64,000 nucleotides of DNA, from sequence record OR062947.1; one strand, given 5' to 3'. The translations under genes and the position numbers were made by a program. The notes under the pieces are model-generated. The model had not been told where the DNA came from. It saw only the letters and a program-made list of their open reading frames with translations, and searched no databases. Every line of letters begins with the position of its first letter. The stretch's first letter is position 1. This stretch comes from Escherichia phage 348Ecol098PP. Below are positions 16,811 to 26,499 of this stretch, piece after piece.

Positions 16811-17011
16811 ATGAGAACATATAACGTGGACTTGGAACTTTTTGATAAAGCGGTGCTCCGGGAATTCCGGCTTATCCAAAGATTTTTTGATATCGAATCA
16901 GCAGAGTCCTTTAAAGAACGCTTTAAAGAAATTCGATATAAAATACAAACCGATACAGCTACTAAAGAAGAACTTCTCGAAGTAGCAGAAATTTTTAAAC
17001 GTAACTTGTGA
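16811..17011 (+). CDS. rIIA.1-like small protein
   Basis: 66 aa; ATG at 16811 with gaagag SD; directly upstream of rIIA. Confidence 0.45.
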   Translation: MRTYNVDLELFDKAVLREFRLIQRFFDIESAESFKERFKEIRYKIQTDTATKEELLEVAEIFKRNL

Positions 17012-17023
17012 TGAGAGAAAAAT

Positions 17024-19237
17024 ATGATTATTGAAACGGCTAAAGAAACGATTATTGGTTCAGGCGGTAAGAGCACAGCATTCACTATTCAAGGCAATAG
17101 CAAAGTTTATAAGATTTTGTCTAATGACCTTTATACAAACAAAGAATTGGCTTGTGTACGTGAATTAATCACAAACTGTATCGATGGACAAATTCTTAAC
17201 GGTTGCACTGATAAGTTTATTGTTCAGGCTCCAGGTCGTTTAGACCCACGTTTTGTAGTTCGAGACTTTGGTCCTGGTATGAGTGATTTCACCATTCGAG
17301 GTAATGACGAAGAGCCAGGAATCTATAACTCATATTTTGCTTCAACTAAAACATCGAGTAATGATTTCATTGGTGGATTCGGACTCGGCTCTAAAGCTCC
17401 ACTAGCATATACCGATACGTTTAACCTTACGTCTTATCACAACGGTGAAGTTCGTGGTTACGTAATCTACCAAGATGACACAGGTCCACAAATTAAGCCA
17501 ACCTTTGTAGATAAGATGGGTCCTGATGACCGTACGGGTGTAGAAGTAGTTGTACCGGTTAACCCAGAAGATTTTGAAAAGTTCGCATCTGAAATTGCAT
17601 ATGTTATGCGTCCTCTAGGTGATATTGCAGAAGTTCGCGGTGTTAAAGATATTAAATACTTTCCTGAATTTGACGATGTATATTTGGCCAAGGAAGCTCC
17701 ATGGGGTGAACGTGGTAATATCATGGCCGTTTATGGTGGTATTGTATATCCAATCGGAAGTGTTATTAAAGAACAAACATGGATGATGACACGATGCACT
17801 ACAGCTTATATTAAATTCCCAATGGGTGAACTAGATGTTGCTCCGTCTCGCGAAGCATTGTCATTTGATAAACGTACAGTAGCAAATATCCATAAACGCG
17901 TTGCAGAAATCGATGCTAAATTGTTCGCTGAAGATTCTAAGAAATGGATTGATTGTAAATACCCACGACATGTGTTCCGCGAAATTGATTCTCTTGGCTA
18001 TACCGCTCGTAAATACATGGAAAAGGCCGGGTCTAATATTGAATCACTGAAATACTCTAAAGAACAACTAACTTATTCTGAGTTGTACAAACGTTTTAAA
18101 ATGGGACCTGAGTGGTGTAATCTTGGTGTCGTATACGATATCGTTGAATCCCCTCGTCTTCGTCGTATTCGTGAAAGTGGTAGCTCATCATCAACCATTT
18201 CAATTAACAGCCTGATTGGCATTAACATTAAAAACGTTGAAATTGTTATTGACGATGTTAAGGGACGCGTTCCATTAATGCGAGCTCTTAATTCAATTGA
18301 AATGTCTAAAGACGAGGTTAAATTATCCGGTAAAGTTCCACGCGGTTTTGGTAAAAGCGTACTATTCGTTGACCCTACAGACGAAGATGCAATGAAACTT
18401 CTGGAACGCCTTAAAGTTATCTTTGATGGCGACAACATTAACATATACAAGACTTCAGAGCTTTTACAAATCGTTAAGCCATGGATTGAAGTCAGGAAAC
18501 GGACTAATGAGCCTCGTCCTAAATCCCCGAGTGCTCATCGATTCTTTAAGAATGAAAACGATGTTTGGGTATCAGAAGACCTCTTTATTCCGGCAAGTGA
18601 AGCAGATGAAATCCAAGGTTATGCTATAGTTCGTAATCGTTCTAATGCTGAATGTCTTGACGCAGATAAAGGTTGGTTGAACTATGACTCCAATTTCTTG
18701 ACCCGTATTGCTGATTTGTCAGGTATTAAAGAGTTCACTGTAGTTCGTCCACAGATTGCTAAGAAAGTTCGTAAACTTGGTGAAGTAGAATGCTTGTTCG
18801 AAAAATCAATTAATGACTATATTACGCTAATTGATAAAGTGGATTATGATGAGTATGTATCACCAAGTCGTAGAGCACAGCCTTATTTGAATCATATTAC
18901 TCGTAACGAAGAGCTTAACTTCCTTAGTAAGTATTTTAGCTCTAAGAACAAAGAAATCAGTAAAGACTTTGCAAAACTCTCAACAGTAAATAATCGTTGG
19001 GGATGGAATCGATTCGCAGGTGCTACTAATACAGACCTGAATAAGAAGTTAGAATTGTGTGCTAAAATTTTCGATAAGCTTAAAGATAATGCTTACGATA
19101 ATGATGATAAAATGGTTATTGAATTCGAAACCAATTATCATATTGTGTCAGAATACATGGGACGACGTGGTACTCTTTCCAAAGAACAGGTCGCTCAAAT
19201 CGTTAAATTCGTGAAGGCCGTGGAAGCGGCCAAATAA
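17024..19237 (+). CDS. rIIA: rIIA protein
   Basis: 737 aa; N-terminal KAFTI...YKILS.DLYTNK...VRELITN...PGRLDPRFV.RDFGPGMSDF matches remembered T4 rIIA (HATPase-like). Confidence 0.9.
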   Translation: MIIETAKETIIGSGGKSTAFTIQGNSKVYKILSNDLYTNKELACVRELITNCIDGQILNGCTDKFIVQAPGRLDPRFVVRDFGPGMSDFTIRGNDEEPGIYNSYFASTKTSSNDFIGGFGLGSKAPLAYTDTFNLTSYHNGEVRGYVIYQDDTGPQIKPTFVDKMGPDDRTGVEVVVPVNPEDFEKFASEIAYVMRPLGDIAEVRGVKDIKYFPEFDDVYLAKEAPWGERGNIMAVYGGIVYPIGSVIKEQTWMMTRCTTAYIKFPMGELDVAPSREALSFDKRTVANIHKRVAEIDAKLFAEDSKKWIDCKYPRHVFREIDSLGYTARKYMEKAGSNIESLKYSKEQLTYSELYKRFKMGPEWCNLGVVYDIVESPRLRRIRESGSSSSTISINSLIGINIKNVEIVIDDVKGRVPLMRALNSIEMSKDEVKLSGKVPRGFGKSVLFVDPTDEDAMKLLERLKVIFDGDNINIYKTSELLQIVKPWIEVRKRTNEPRPKSPSAHRFFKNENDVWVSEDLFIPASEADEIQGYAIVRNRSNAECLDADKGWLNYDSNFLTRIADLSGIKEFTVVRPQIAKKVRKLGEVECLFEKSINDYITLIDKVDYDEYVSPSRRAQPYLNHITRNEELNFLSKYFSSKNKEISKDFAKLSTVNNRWGWNRFAGATNTDLNKKLELCAKIFDKLKDNAYDNDDKMVIEFETNYHIVSEYMGRRGTLSKEQVAQIVKFVKAVEAAK

Positions 19238-19246
19238 GGAAACATT

Positions 19247-20194
19247 ATGTACAATATTAAATGCTTGTCCCAAGAAGAACAGTTAGAAGCTTATGGCCTG
19301 GTTGAATCAGGCAAATGGACTCGTAAAGAAATTGCCGATTACTTCGACATTTCAACAGATACTCTTCGTAAGATTGTTAAGAATTTTAAAGCAGAAGGCG
19401 TTGTCCCTGAAGCAAACGATGCCTCTTATGTAATCGAAGAAGTTCCAGAAAATGATGAACCTATTATCGGCGGACATCGTCCTGAAATCGTATGGAACGC
19501 GTCATCTAAATTTATTTCAATTATTGAAGGACGCGTAGCATACAATGCGACTCCATCAAGTCATGCAAATTTTGAAGAAATTAAAGCTAATCTGGTCGCA
19601 GGAAACCTTAATAAAGCTGTCGAACTTATTAACATCAAGAAAGCTATTAGTAAGTTTGTTGACGGTAATGTTGTTATTGAAGGTGGTAGTTTATTTTATC
19701 AAGGTATAGAGATTCGTTCTGGTCTGGTTAATCGTATTATTGATTCTATGGAAAAAGGCGAAGACTTTAAATTCTATCTACCGTTCCTTGAAAACCTGTT
19801 AGAAAACCCAAGCGAAAAAGCTGTACAACGTTTATTCGACTTCTTGGTTGCAAATGATATTGAAATCACTGAAGATGGGCATTTCTACGCGTGGAAAGTA
19901 GTTCGTAAAGATTATTTAGATTGCTATAGCGGTACATTTGATAACTCACCAGGTAAAGTTGTTTCAATGCCTCGTACTCGTGTTAACGATGATGATACAC
20001 AAACCTGCTCCCGTGGTCTACATGTTTGCGCTAAATCTTATATTCGCCACTTTGGTTCAAGCTCAGATAAAGTTGTGAAAGTTAAAGTTCATCCACGTGA
20101 TGTTGTATCCATCCCGGTTGACTATGGTGATGCTAAGATGCGCACATGTCGTTATGAAGTAATTTCAGACGTTACTGAATTGTTTGCAGAATAA
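19247..20194 (+). CDS. rIIB: rIIB protein
   Basis: 315 aa ORF immediately after rIIA; size and position as T4 rIIB. Confidence 0.85.
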   Translation: MYNIKCLSQEEQLEAYGLVESGKWTRKEIADYFDISTDTLRKIVKNFKAEGVVPEANDASYVIEEVPENDEPIIGGHRPEIVWNASSKFISIIEGRVAYNATPSSHANFEEIKANLVAGNLNKAVELINIKKAISKFVDGNVVIEGGSLFYQGIEIRSGLVNRIIDSMEKGEDFKFYLPFLENLLENPSEKAVQRLFDFLVANDIEITEDGHFYAWKVVRKDYLDCYSGTFDNSPGKVVSMPRTRVNDDDTQTCSRGLHVCAKSYIRHFGSSSDKVVKVKVHPRDVVSIPVDYGDAKMRTCRYEVISDVTELFAE

Positions 20195-20199
20195 TAATT

Positions 20200-20222
20200 G
20201 GGGACTTCGGTCCCCTTTTTTC
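20200..20222 (+). terminator. rho-independent terminator
   Basis: ggggacttcggtcccc hairpin followed by tttttt. Confidence 0.8.
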
Positions 20223-20235
20223 TTTAGGGGTAATT

Positions 20236-20523
20236 ATGATTCATCCATTTGACGTATCAGAATCCAAAATTGCTAATCTTCGTGGTCATCATAAGTGTAA
20301 ATCAGTTTATTGTGCTAAATTGGTAAAACATCCTGGCGATGCACACTACGGCTGGTTAGAATGCGACGAAGTTGTTATTGAAATTCCGCCTGTAGATGCA
20401 GAATATCTTGAAGAAGGTGACCGCATTTATTTTGGCGAACTACACATCAGAGGTATCTATGGTAAAGACGAACTTGGGGCTGTTGAGGCTGAAGAATCTT
20501 CCGACATTTATCCTGTCGAATGA
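20236..20523 (+). CDS. hypothetical protein
   Basis: 95 aa; ATG at 20236 with aggggt SD. Confidence 0.45.
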   Translation: MIHPFDVSESKIANLRGHHKCKSVYCAKLVKHPGDAHYGWLECDEVVIEIPPVDAEYLEEGDRIYFGELHIRGIYGKDELGAVEAEESSDIYPVE

Positions 20524-20539
20524 GTTTTTGACTAGTGAA

Positions 20540-21016
20540 ATGAAGGTGAAGATTGCTGACACTGCTCGGTATTCCCTGAGCCAAAATCCTGGCCAAAACA
20601 AAGAAGATGTAGTTCGACGTTGTAAGGTTGCGGTCTTTGCAGAGTATGTAGTAGCAAATTGGCTAGACGGATATGTTAATAAAGGTATTGAAGATGTAGA
20701 AGACCCGTACACGTATGCATGGGACGTGTTAGCTCATCCTAAATACTGCGGGTTGCGTGTAGAAGTCAAGACACACCAGATAGATTCTAAATGGATTTCG
20801 GTTACCACAGGATACAGCGGTGATTATCCAGGTGGTAATGGAATCAATATAGGGCCCTTCTTGAACCATCGAGTCGCAGATTGCATTATTATATTAGATG
20901 TCAAAGAAACCTCACCTGACGTCTTCTCTTATTCTATAAAGTTCGTGGGAGACCATGAAGACCTAAAGAAAATCGTCCGCAAGAGCAACTACAACGGGTG
21001 GTATCTTCAACTTTAA
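20540..21016 (+). CDS. hypothetical protein (start uncertain; denB region)
   Basis: ATG at 20540 just after the upstream stop; the track ORF extends to 20396 in an overlapping frame. Confidence 0.4.
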   Translation: MKVKIADTARYSLSQNPGQNKEDVVRRCKVAVFAEYVVANWLDGYVNKGIEDVEDPYTYAWDVLAHPKYCGLRVEVKTHQIDSKWISVTTGYSGDYPGGNGINIGPFLNHRVADCIIILDVKETSPDVFSYSIKFVGDHEDLKKIVRKSNYNGWYLQL

Positions 21017-21028
21017 TTTCATAAAAGT

Positions 21029-21064
21029 GTTTACAACTAAGTAGGACTATGATATAGTAGTCCT
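21029..21064 (+). promoter_or_regulatory. early promoter cassette (family B, aggacta...tagtcct palindrome)
   Basis: gtttacaactaagtaggactatgatatagtagtcctatc; 7-bp inverted repeat around the -10. Confidence 0.55.
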
Positions 21065-21084
21065 ATCTAAAAGAGGATAACATC

Positions 21085-21348
21085 ATGAAATTTAAATTTT
21101 TCTACGCAAAACATAAAGTAACAGGCGAATTTGTTTCAATGTACAACACTGCAGATGACGAAGGGATGATTTATACCCATTTGGGTCTATCTCATTGGGA
21201 CTCAGACGTGCCTTATATGTCATCTGAAGCCGAAATAACTCGTCTGGTTAATGGACATATGAACGACCATTTTAGTGTTATTCTTTCTAAAGACCTTAAA
21301 GAGGTTATCAACAAAGGATATATGGAACTCGCGGAAGTTGAGATATGA
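21085..21348 (+). CDS. hypothetical protein
   Basis: 87 aa; aaaagagga SD. Confidence 0.5.
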   Translation: MKFKFFYAKHKVTGEFVSMYNTADDEGMIYTHLGLSHWDSDVPYMSSEAEITRLVNGHMNDHFSVILSKDLKEVINKGYMELAEVEI

Positions 21349-21538
21349 GCTCTAAAATGTGGATCGGAATATGGTTGCTTAGTATCCCTATGATTTGTAT
21401 AGTATTTTCAATTGTATTGAGGTACTTATGAAAAATGCACTTATTATTGTACTAAGAACAATTTGTGATACGGGTTTTTACATCGCATGTTCGTTCACTG
21501 GATCATGGTTGGCTTTAACATATTTTAATGTAATTTAA
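21345..21538 (+). CDS. two tiny overlapping hydrophobic ORFs (28 aa at 21345-21431 and 36 aa at 21428-21538), tentative
   Basis: ATGA-coupled mini-ORFs encoding hydrophobic peptides; no independent support. Confidence 0.2.
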
Positions 21539-21540
21539 TT

Positions 21541-21578
21541 GTTTACAACAAGGTAGGATTATGGTATAGTAGTCCTAC
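21541..21578 (+). promoter_or_regulatory. early promoter cassette (family B)
   Basis: gtttacaacaaggtaggattatggtatagtagtcctac. Confidence 0.5.
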
Positions 21579-21598
21579 TGAAACATGAGGAACACAAA

Positions 21599-21799
21599 AT
21601 GGCTAAGCTTTTTAAAGATGTTGAAATTGGTGAAAAATTTGTCCTGAATAATGGTCAGCAGCTTATTCGTGTAGCTTCTATCGCCGGACAAACTCATAAC
21701 TGTATCGCCCCAACGTGTTGGACTCGATTCTTTATTGAAGATGACACTGAATGTTTAACTGTTGAAGAGCTTTTTGAACGTTCTGATATAGCCGAATAA
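21599..21799 (+). CDS. hypothetical protein
   Basis: 66 aa; catgaggaa SD. Confidence 0.5.
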   Translation: MAKLFKDVEIGEKFVLNNGQQLIRVASIAGQTHNCIAPTCWTRFFIEDDTECLTVEELFERSDIAE

Positions 21800-21801
21800 A
21801 A

Positions 21802-21837
21802 TTGTACAAACTCTTGAGAGCAGAGTATAATGCTCTC
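21802..21837 (+). promoter_or_regulatory. early promoter cassette (family D, gagagca-tataat-tgctctc)
   Basis: ttgtacaaactcttgagagcagagtataatgctctc; near-identical copy at 52535. Confidence 0.55.
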
Positions 21838-21875
21838 ATGGATTACAAAAACATTAATCAATTGAGGAAATTAGC

Positions 21876-22322
21876 ATGTCCAAATATTTAACTCGTAAAG
21901 ACCTTCTGGCAGTTGGCGGTGAAGTTGTTGCAGTAGTTCGTAATGGCGAATACGGTTCTGAAGTTTCTAAAGAGTTTCGTTCTCGTGAAGGTTTTTACTT
22001 CTTTGTTAAAGGTTCATCTGACTGGCGTCAAGTTGCAGCACGATTCTTTGTAGGACGTCAACGTTCTAAACAAGGGTTGGATGCAATTCTTTCTCACATT
22101 CGTCAAGGCCGTTCGCAACTAGCCCGTACTATGGGCACTAACAATATTGAATATGATGTAATCTTTGTTGCAGCTAAGAACATGAAACCCCTGACTACTG
22201 GTTATGGTAAAGGACAATTGGCTCTGGCATTCACTCGCAATCATACATCAGAATATCAAACACTCACTGAAATGAACCGTCTTCTGGCAGATAATTTCAA
22301 ATTCGTTCTGCAGAGTTACTAA
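21876..22322 (+). CDS. ndd: nucleoid disruption protein Ndd
   Basis: 148 aa; GFYFFVKGS...[27 protein letters not shown]...[42 protein letters not shown] matches remembered T4 Ndd. Confidence 0.8.
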   Translation: MSKYLTRKDLLAVGGEVVAVVRNGEYGSEVSKEFRSREGFYFFVKGSSDWRQVAARFFVGRQRSKQGLDAILSHIRQGRSQLARTMGTNNIEYDVIFVAAKNMKPLTTGYGKGQLALAFTRNHTSEYQTLTEMNRLLADNFKFVLQSY

Positions 22323-22330
22323 TTTATACG

Positions 22331-22362
22331 GGCCTATTAAGTTAGGCCTTTAATTTATTTTT
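22331..22362 (+). terminator. possible terminator
   Basis: ggcct attaagtt aggcc hairpin followed by a T-rich run (tttaatttattttt). Confidence 0.4.
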
Positions 22363-22374
22363 GAGGTAATTAAA

Positions 22375-22524
22375 ATGGTAGCATGGATTATTGCATTGCT
22401 GTGTTGGTCGTTTTTATTCGTTAACACTTTAGTTACAGGCGAAACAACAGTATTTCAACAGGCTGTGTCACAAGGTACCTTAGCGGTCTTAGCTCTTCTT
22501 AACGTATTAAAAGGCGAGCAATGA
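22375..22524 (+). CDS. small membrane protein (ac-like position)
   Basis: 49 aa hydrophobic ORF below the track cutoff; gaggtaat SD. Confidence 0.35.
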   Translation: MVAWIIALLCWSFLFVNTLVTGETTVFQQAVSQGTLAVLALLNVLKGEQ

Positions 22525-22661
22525 TTAAGAAAATCTTAGCAGGAGCCTTCGGGCTCTTGTTTTTGCTTACGGTTCTGTACTACGGTGTGATGTTTGGGCT
22601 AATCCAAGTAGTGCTTTTCATTTCAGATGTTATAATGGTTATTCGTTCATTAATATGGTGA
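22521..22661 (+). CDS. small membrane protein
   Basis: 46 aa hydrophobic ORF, ATGA-coupled; contains the terminator-like hairpin gagccttcgggctc and the putative middle promoter for 52. Confidence 0.3.
   Translation: MIKKILAGAFGLLFLLTVLYYGVMFGLIQVVLFISDVIMVIRSLIW
22611..22636 (+). promoter_or_regulatory. putative MotA-box middle promoter upstream of gene 52
   Basis: agtgctttt (MotA-box-like) then about 12 nt then tataat at 22631-22636. Confidence 0.35.
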
Positions 22662-22665
22662 AAAT

Positions 22666-23991
22666 ATGCAATTGAATTCTCGTAATCTAAAAAGTATTAT
22701 TGATAACGAAGCCTTAGCATATGCGATGTACACCGTTGAAAACCGTGCAATCCCAAACATGATTGATGGATTTAAGCCGGTTCAACGTTTTGTGGTTCAT
22801 CGTGCGTTAGATTTGGCTCGTGGTAATAAAGAAAAATTTCATAAACTTGCGTCAATTGCAGGAGGTGTTGCAGATTTAGGTTATCATCATGGCGAATCTT
22901 CTGCACAAGATGCAGGTGCATTGATGGCTAACACATGGAACAACAACTATCCGTTGTTAGATGGCCAAGGCAACTTTGGTTCTAGAACAGTCCAAAAAGC
23001 TGCAGCATCTCGTTATATTTTTGCTCGTGTAAGTAAAAATTTCTATAACGTATATAAAGATACTGAATATGCTCCAGCTCATGAAGATAAAGAACACATT
23101 CCACCAAAATTCTATCTTCCTATTATTCCGACAGTTCTTTTGAATGGTGTCTCTGGTATTGCAACCGGTTACGCAACAAATATTCTGCCTCATAGTTTTA
23201 AATCAGTCAAAAAGGCTGTATTACAAGCTCTTCAAGGTAAAAATGTCACTAAGCCAAAAGTTGAATTCCCGGAATTCCGTGGTGAAGTACATGAAGTTGA
23301 TGGGCGTTATGAGATTCACGGAACATATAAGTTCACATCTCGCACTCAAATGCAGATAACTGAAATCCCATATAAATTCGACCGTGAAACGTATGTGAGT
23401 AAGGTTCTTGACCCGTTGGAAGACAAAGGTCTAATCTCATGGGAAGATGATTGTGGTGAACACGGCTTTGGGTTTAAGGTGAAGTTCCGTAAAGAGTACT
23501 CGCTTCCTGATGATGAAGAGCTACGTCATGAAAAAATCATGAAAGATTTTAGTCTCATCGAACGTCGTTCACAAAACATCACAGTGATTAATGAAAAGGG
23601 TAAATTAGCAGTCTATGATAACGTAGTGGACTTAATCAAAGATTTTGTTGAAGTCCGTAAGACTTACGTTCAGAAACGTATTGACAACAAAATCCTTGAA
23701 TCTGAAAAAGCATTTAAACTGGCTTTTGCTAAGGCACACTTCATCAAAAAAGTTATTACAGGTGAAATTGTGATTCAGGGCAAGACCCGTAAAGCTTTGA
23801 CTGAAGAGCTAACACAAATCGAAATGTATAAAGAACATGTCGATAAACTGGTAGGTCTTAACATCTTCCATATCACTTCCGACGAAGCACGTAAACTAGC
23901 AGAAGAAGCTAAAGCTAAGAAAGAAGAAAATGAGTATTGGAAGTCTACTGATGTGGTAACTGAGTATGTTAAAGATTTGGAGGCTCTATGA
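22666..23991 (+). CDS. 52: DNA topoisomerase II medium subunit (GyrA-like) gp52
   Basis: 441 aa; N-terminus ...AYAMYTVENRAIPN.IDGFKPVQR... (GyrA-like catalytic region). Confidence 0.9.
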   Translation: MQLNSRNLKSIIDNEALAYAMYTVENRAIPNMIDGFKPVQRFVVHRALDLARGNKEKFHKLASIAGGVADLGYHHGESSAQDAGALMANTWNNNYPLLDGQGNFGSRTVQKAAASRYIFARVSKNFYNVYKDTEYAPAHEDKEHIPPKFYLPIIPTVLLNGVSGIATGYATNILPHSFKSVKKAVLQALQGKNVTKPKVEFPEFRGEVHEVDGRYEIHGTYKFTSRTQMQITEIPYKFDRETYVSKVLDPLEDKGLISWEDDCGEHGFGFKVKFRKEYSLPDDEELRHEKIMKDFSLIERRSQNITVINEKGKLAVYDNVVDLIKDFVEVRKTYVQKRIDNKILESEKAFKLAFAKAHFIKKVITGEIVIQGKTRKALTEELTQIEMYKEHVDKLVGLNIFHITSDEARKLAEEAKAKKEENEYWKSTDVVTEYVKDLEAL

Positions 23992-24092
23992 GCCTTGGAG
24001 TCGAGTTCTTGTTACTATGTATCTTTGCTGTTATTCTAGGCCTGGCGACAGGCTTAGCTATAGGTTTAATAGCAGCCCACTTTAAAAAGTAA
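23988..24092 (+). CDS. small membrane protein, tentative
   Basis: 34 aa hydrophobic ORF, ATGA-coupled to the 52 stop, ending at the terminator. Confidence 0.3.
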   Translation: MSLGVEFLLLCIFAVILGLATGLAIGLIAAHFKK

Positions 24093-24113
24093 GGAACCTT
24101 CGGGTTCCTTTTT
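24092..24113 (+). terminator. rho-independent terminator
   Basis: aggaaccttcgggttcct hairpin followed by ttttt. Confidence 0.8.
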
Positions 24114-24134
24114 GTGCATTTTTCTCACAAAACA

Positions 24135-24168
24135 GTTTACATGTGCTTCAAACATGATATTATAGACC
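24135..24168 (+). promoter_or_regulatory. early promoter cassette (family C)
   Basis: gtttacatgtgcttcaaacatgatattatagacctatcaa. Confidence 0.5.
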
Positions 24169-24202
24169 TATCAAAACAAAACAACCGAATTGGAGAAATA
24201 AA

Positions 24203-24835
24203 ATGTCTAAAGTTGCTTACATCATCAAAGCTTCCGAAAACGCTCTTAATGAAAAAACTGCTGCAATAATGGTTTACATCATTAAGAACAACTTCACCAC
24301 TGCTGCCAATGTCCGTGAAGCTCTGGAAGCGGAATACAATGCATCGGTTGTTAACTCTAACATTGGTGTATTGATTAAGAAAGGTTTAGTCGAAAAATCT
24401 GGTGATGGACTTATAGCAACAGGCGAAGCAATGGATATTATCCAAAAAGCTGCAGACCTCTTTGCCCAAGAAAATGCTCCAGAACTTCTTCAGAAACGTA
24501 ACACTAGAAAAGCACGTGGAGTTACTCCTGAAATGCATGAATTAGCAAACTTTGTTTTTGAAAATATTAAAGATAAAGTTGAAGTTAAAGAAATCGGTGA
24601 AAACCGTAGTAACTTGGAAGTTCGATTTGCAAAACGAGTTCTAGGTATTCGTCAGATCGAAATTCGTCGAGATGGTTCTCTTAGAATCTTTGCATACAAC
24701 ATGTCAGAAACTGAATCAAAGCTGTTTACTTCTCTTGAAAATGATGTTAAGATTAAGATCGGTGGTAAATATACTTACATTGACTTCCCTAATGTGTCCA
24801 AAGAAATCATTACCCTTGTAACTAACGTACTGTGA
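24203..24835 (+). CDS. motA: middle-transcription activator MotA
   Basis: 210 aa; MSKV.YIIKAS...LNEKTA...NSNIGVLIKKGLVEKSGDGLI.TGEA matches remembered T4 MotA. Confidence 0.85.
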   Translation: MSKVAYIIKASENALNEKTAAIMVYIIKNNFTTAANVREALEAEYNASVVNSNIGVLIKKGLVEKSGDGLIATGEAMDIIQKAADLFAQENAPELLQKRNTRKARGVTPEMHELANFVFENIKDKVEVKEIGENRSNLEVRFAKRVLGIRQIEIRRDGSLRIFAYNMSETESKLFTSLENDVKIKIGGKYTYIDFPNVSKEIITLVTNVL

Positions 24836-24845
24836 GGAATACATA

Positions 24846-25175
24846 ATGAATAAGCTGAATATTATTAACGAACTTCGTAAATGTGCAGAACCTACTCAGG
24901 AAGGATGGGATATTTGGTACCACGGGGCTTATTTAGGGACAATTGTAAAGATTAAAGCAGGCCAATATATGGTTATTCGTGAAAATAATGACGCACCATT
25001 TGGCCTTCGTAAAAACTACATGGCAGCGATCAGTTCATTTGTTGATGCCGCTTACGAAATCTATAAAGAAGATTATAAAGAATATCAGCAGTCACAACCG
25101 GTTATTCGTTCGATCGGTGTAAATAAACAAGCACAAAAATCTATTTGGCAACGTATTAAGGAATGGTTTAAATGA
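24846..25175 (+). CDS. hypothetical protein
   Basis: 109 aa ORF between motA and asiA. Confidence 0.5.
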   Translation: MNKLNIINELRKCAEPTQEGWDIWYHGAYLGTIVKIKAGQYMVIRENNDAPFGLRKNYMAAISSFVDAAYEIYKEDYKEYQQSQPVIRSIGVNKQAQKSIWQRIKEWFK

Positions 25176-25633
25176 AATCATTTAAAGAACGTTTAGAGCT
25201 ATTAGATTTGGCCTTGTCTCGTGAGACTCCTGAAAGTCTAGCAGAAAAATTCCAGTCCTACGGTTATAATTATTCTGCTGATGATGTAATGAATGAAGTT
25301 CCTGAAATCTGTTGGCAAACGTGCTATTGGAATAATGACCAAAAAGTTCAACGTGTTATAGTATGTGCAGCTAATAGGTTTAAATTGAAGAGTGGTGGAA
25401 CTCTGGTTATTCCTGGAGTTCGTCATTACTCTAAAGATATGGCTGAAGTACTTGATATAGTTGGTCCTCAATTAGTCTCGCAACAAGTTTGTGGCGACGA
25501 CCAAGGCTTTATTGACCAATACTCTAATTACTGGACTCGTGAAGAAGCAATGATTATTGCAACGTATGCTGGACAGGTACGTATTGAACGTGGCGGAAGC
25601 GAGAAAGAACTTTATTCAGAGGACCTTTATTAA
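25172..25633 (+). CDS. hypothetical protein
   Basis: 153 aa ORF, ATGA-coupled. Confidence 0.5.
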   Translation: MKSFKERLELLDLALSRETPESLAEKFQSYGYNYSADDVMNEVPEICWQTCYWNNDQKVQRVIVCAANRFKLKSGGTLVIPGVRHYSKDMAEVLDIVGPQLVSQQVCGDDQGFIDQYSNYWTREEAMIIATYAGQVRIERGGSEKELYSEDLY

Positions 25634-25914
25634 TGAATATTAAACAACTCCAGAAAGATGCTATTGAATCACGTATCCAAGATATCAAACGTCTTAATCA
25701 TATGATGGAAGAAAACTATGGTATGTATGCTAATCAGCCTGGTTGGGACGCTTTAGACCATCCTTATTTGGTTAATTTATGTAAAGGTGATACGTTAGCA
25801 ATTATTCGTGATGGGTTAAAACCTTTCTTGCGTGACATGTATATTAAAATGAACGAAGAAATTATTAGCTCGTTGCAATATCAATTAAGGAAATTAGATG
25901 ATGAGAATAATTGA
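25633..25914 (+). CDS. hypothetical protein
   Basis: 93 aa ORF. Confidence 0.45.
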   Translation: MNIKQLQKDAIESRIQDIKRLNHMMEENYGMYANQPGWDALDHPYLVNLCKGDTLAIIRDGLKPFLRDMYIKMNEEIISSLQYQLRKLDDENN

Positions 25915-26116
25915 TTCTAAAGTAGATTATTTTAATTCTGTTAATGATAAGAATAAAGCTTTAATTCGCCACTTTATTACTGAGATGGGATATACAGACT
26001 CTAAAGATTTGAAAGAGCACATTATCGAATGTTCTGTGGCTAAAAAGTTTTCTTTTACCGATAAATGTTTAAATGAGGTTATAAATCATTATGAACAATC
26101 TTGTAGCAAAACATGA
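25898..26116 (+). CDS. hypothetical protein
   Basis: 72 aa ORF overlapping its neighbours. Confidence 0.4.
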   Translation: MMRIIDSKVDYFNSVNDKNKALIRHFITEMGYTDSKDLKEHIIECSVAKKFSFTDKCLNEVINHYEQSCSKT

Positions 26117-26199
26117 TTTCAATAAGGCTTCTGTTCATAAGGACAAGAAGAAATCAGAACTTCAATCTAAACGTAAACAAAAACATAAGGGTAAAGACT

Positions 26200-26499
26200 A
26201 TGCTTACTAAAATCAAAGAAAATCCTGCAACTGAACTTGTTATTCGATGCGAAGAACTTGCAGAGCTTTATCAGGTTAACCGAGAAGTATATCGTAGTGT
26301 TGTTGCAGATATGGCAGACGAAGTATGTTCTCGTATTCCTTTTAGTGTTGATTTCAATCAAATGAAGCCTGGTGAAATCACTATCGTCTTTGGTTCTGAC
26401 TATACTGAAGAACGGGCTCTTAATGTCCTAGAATATGAAATGTCATTCTTTGACATACAGGATTACATTGATAGTTATAAGGAACGATATGAGTCATAA
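26200..26499 (+). CDS. hypothetical acidic protein (Arn-like position; possible DNA mimic)
   Basis: ATG at 26200 with aagggtaaag SD; 99 aa rich in Asp/Glu; lies between motA and asiA where T4 carries arn. Confidence 0.4.
   Translation: MLTKIKENPATELVIRCEELAELYQVNREVYRSVVADMADEVCSRIPFSVDFNQMKPGEITIVFGSDYTEERALNVLEYEMSFFDIQDYIDSYKERYES

Noticed and set aside
18073-18450. Minus-strand 125-aa ORF inside rIIA
   Set aside because: Antisense to rIIA; no supporting signals.
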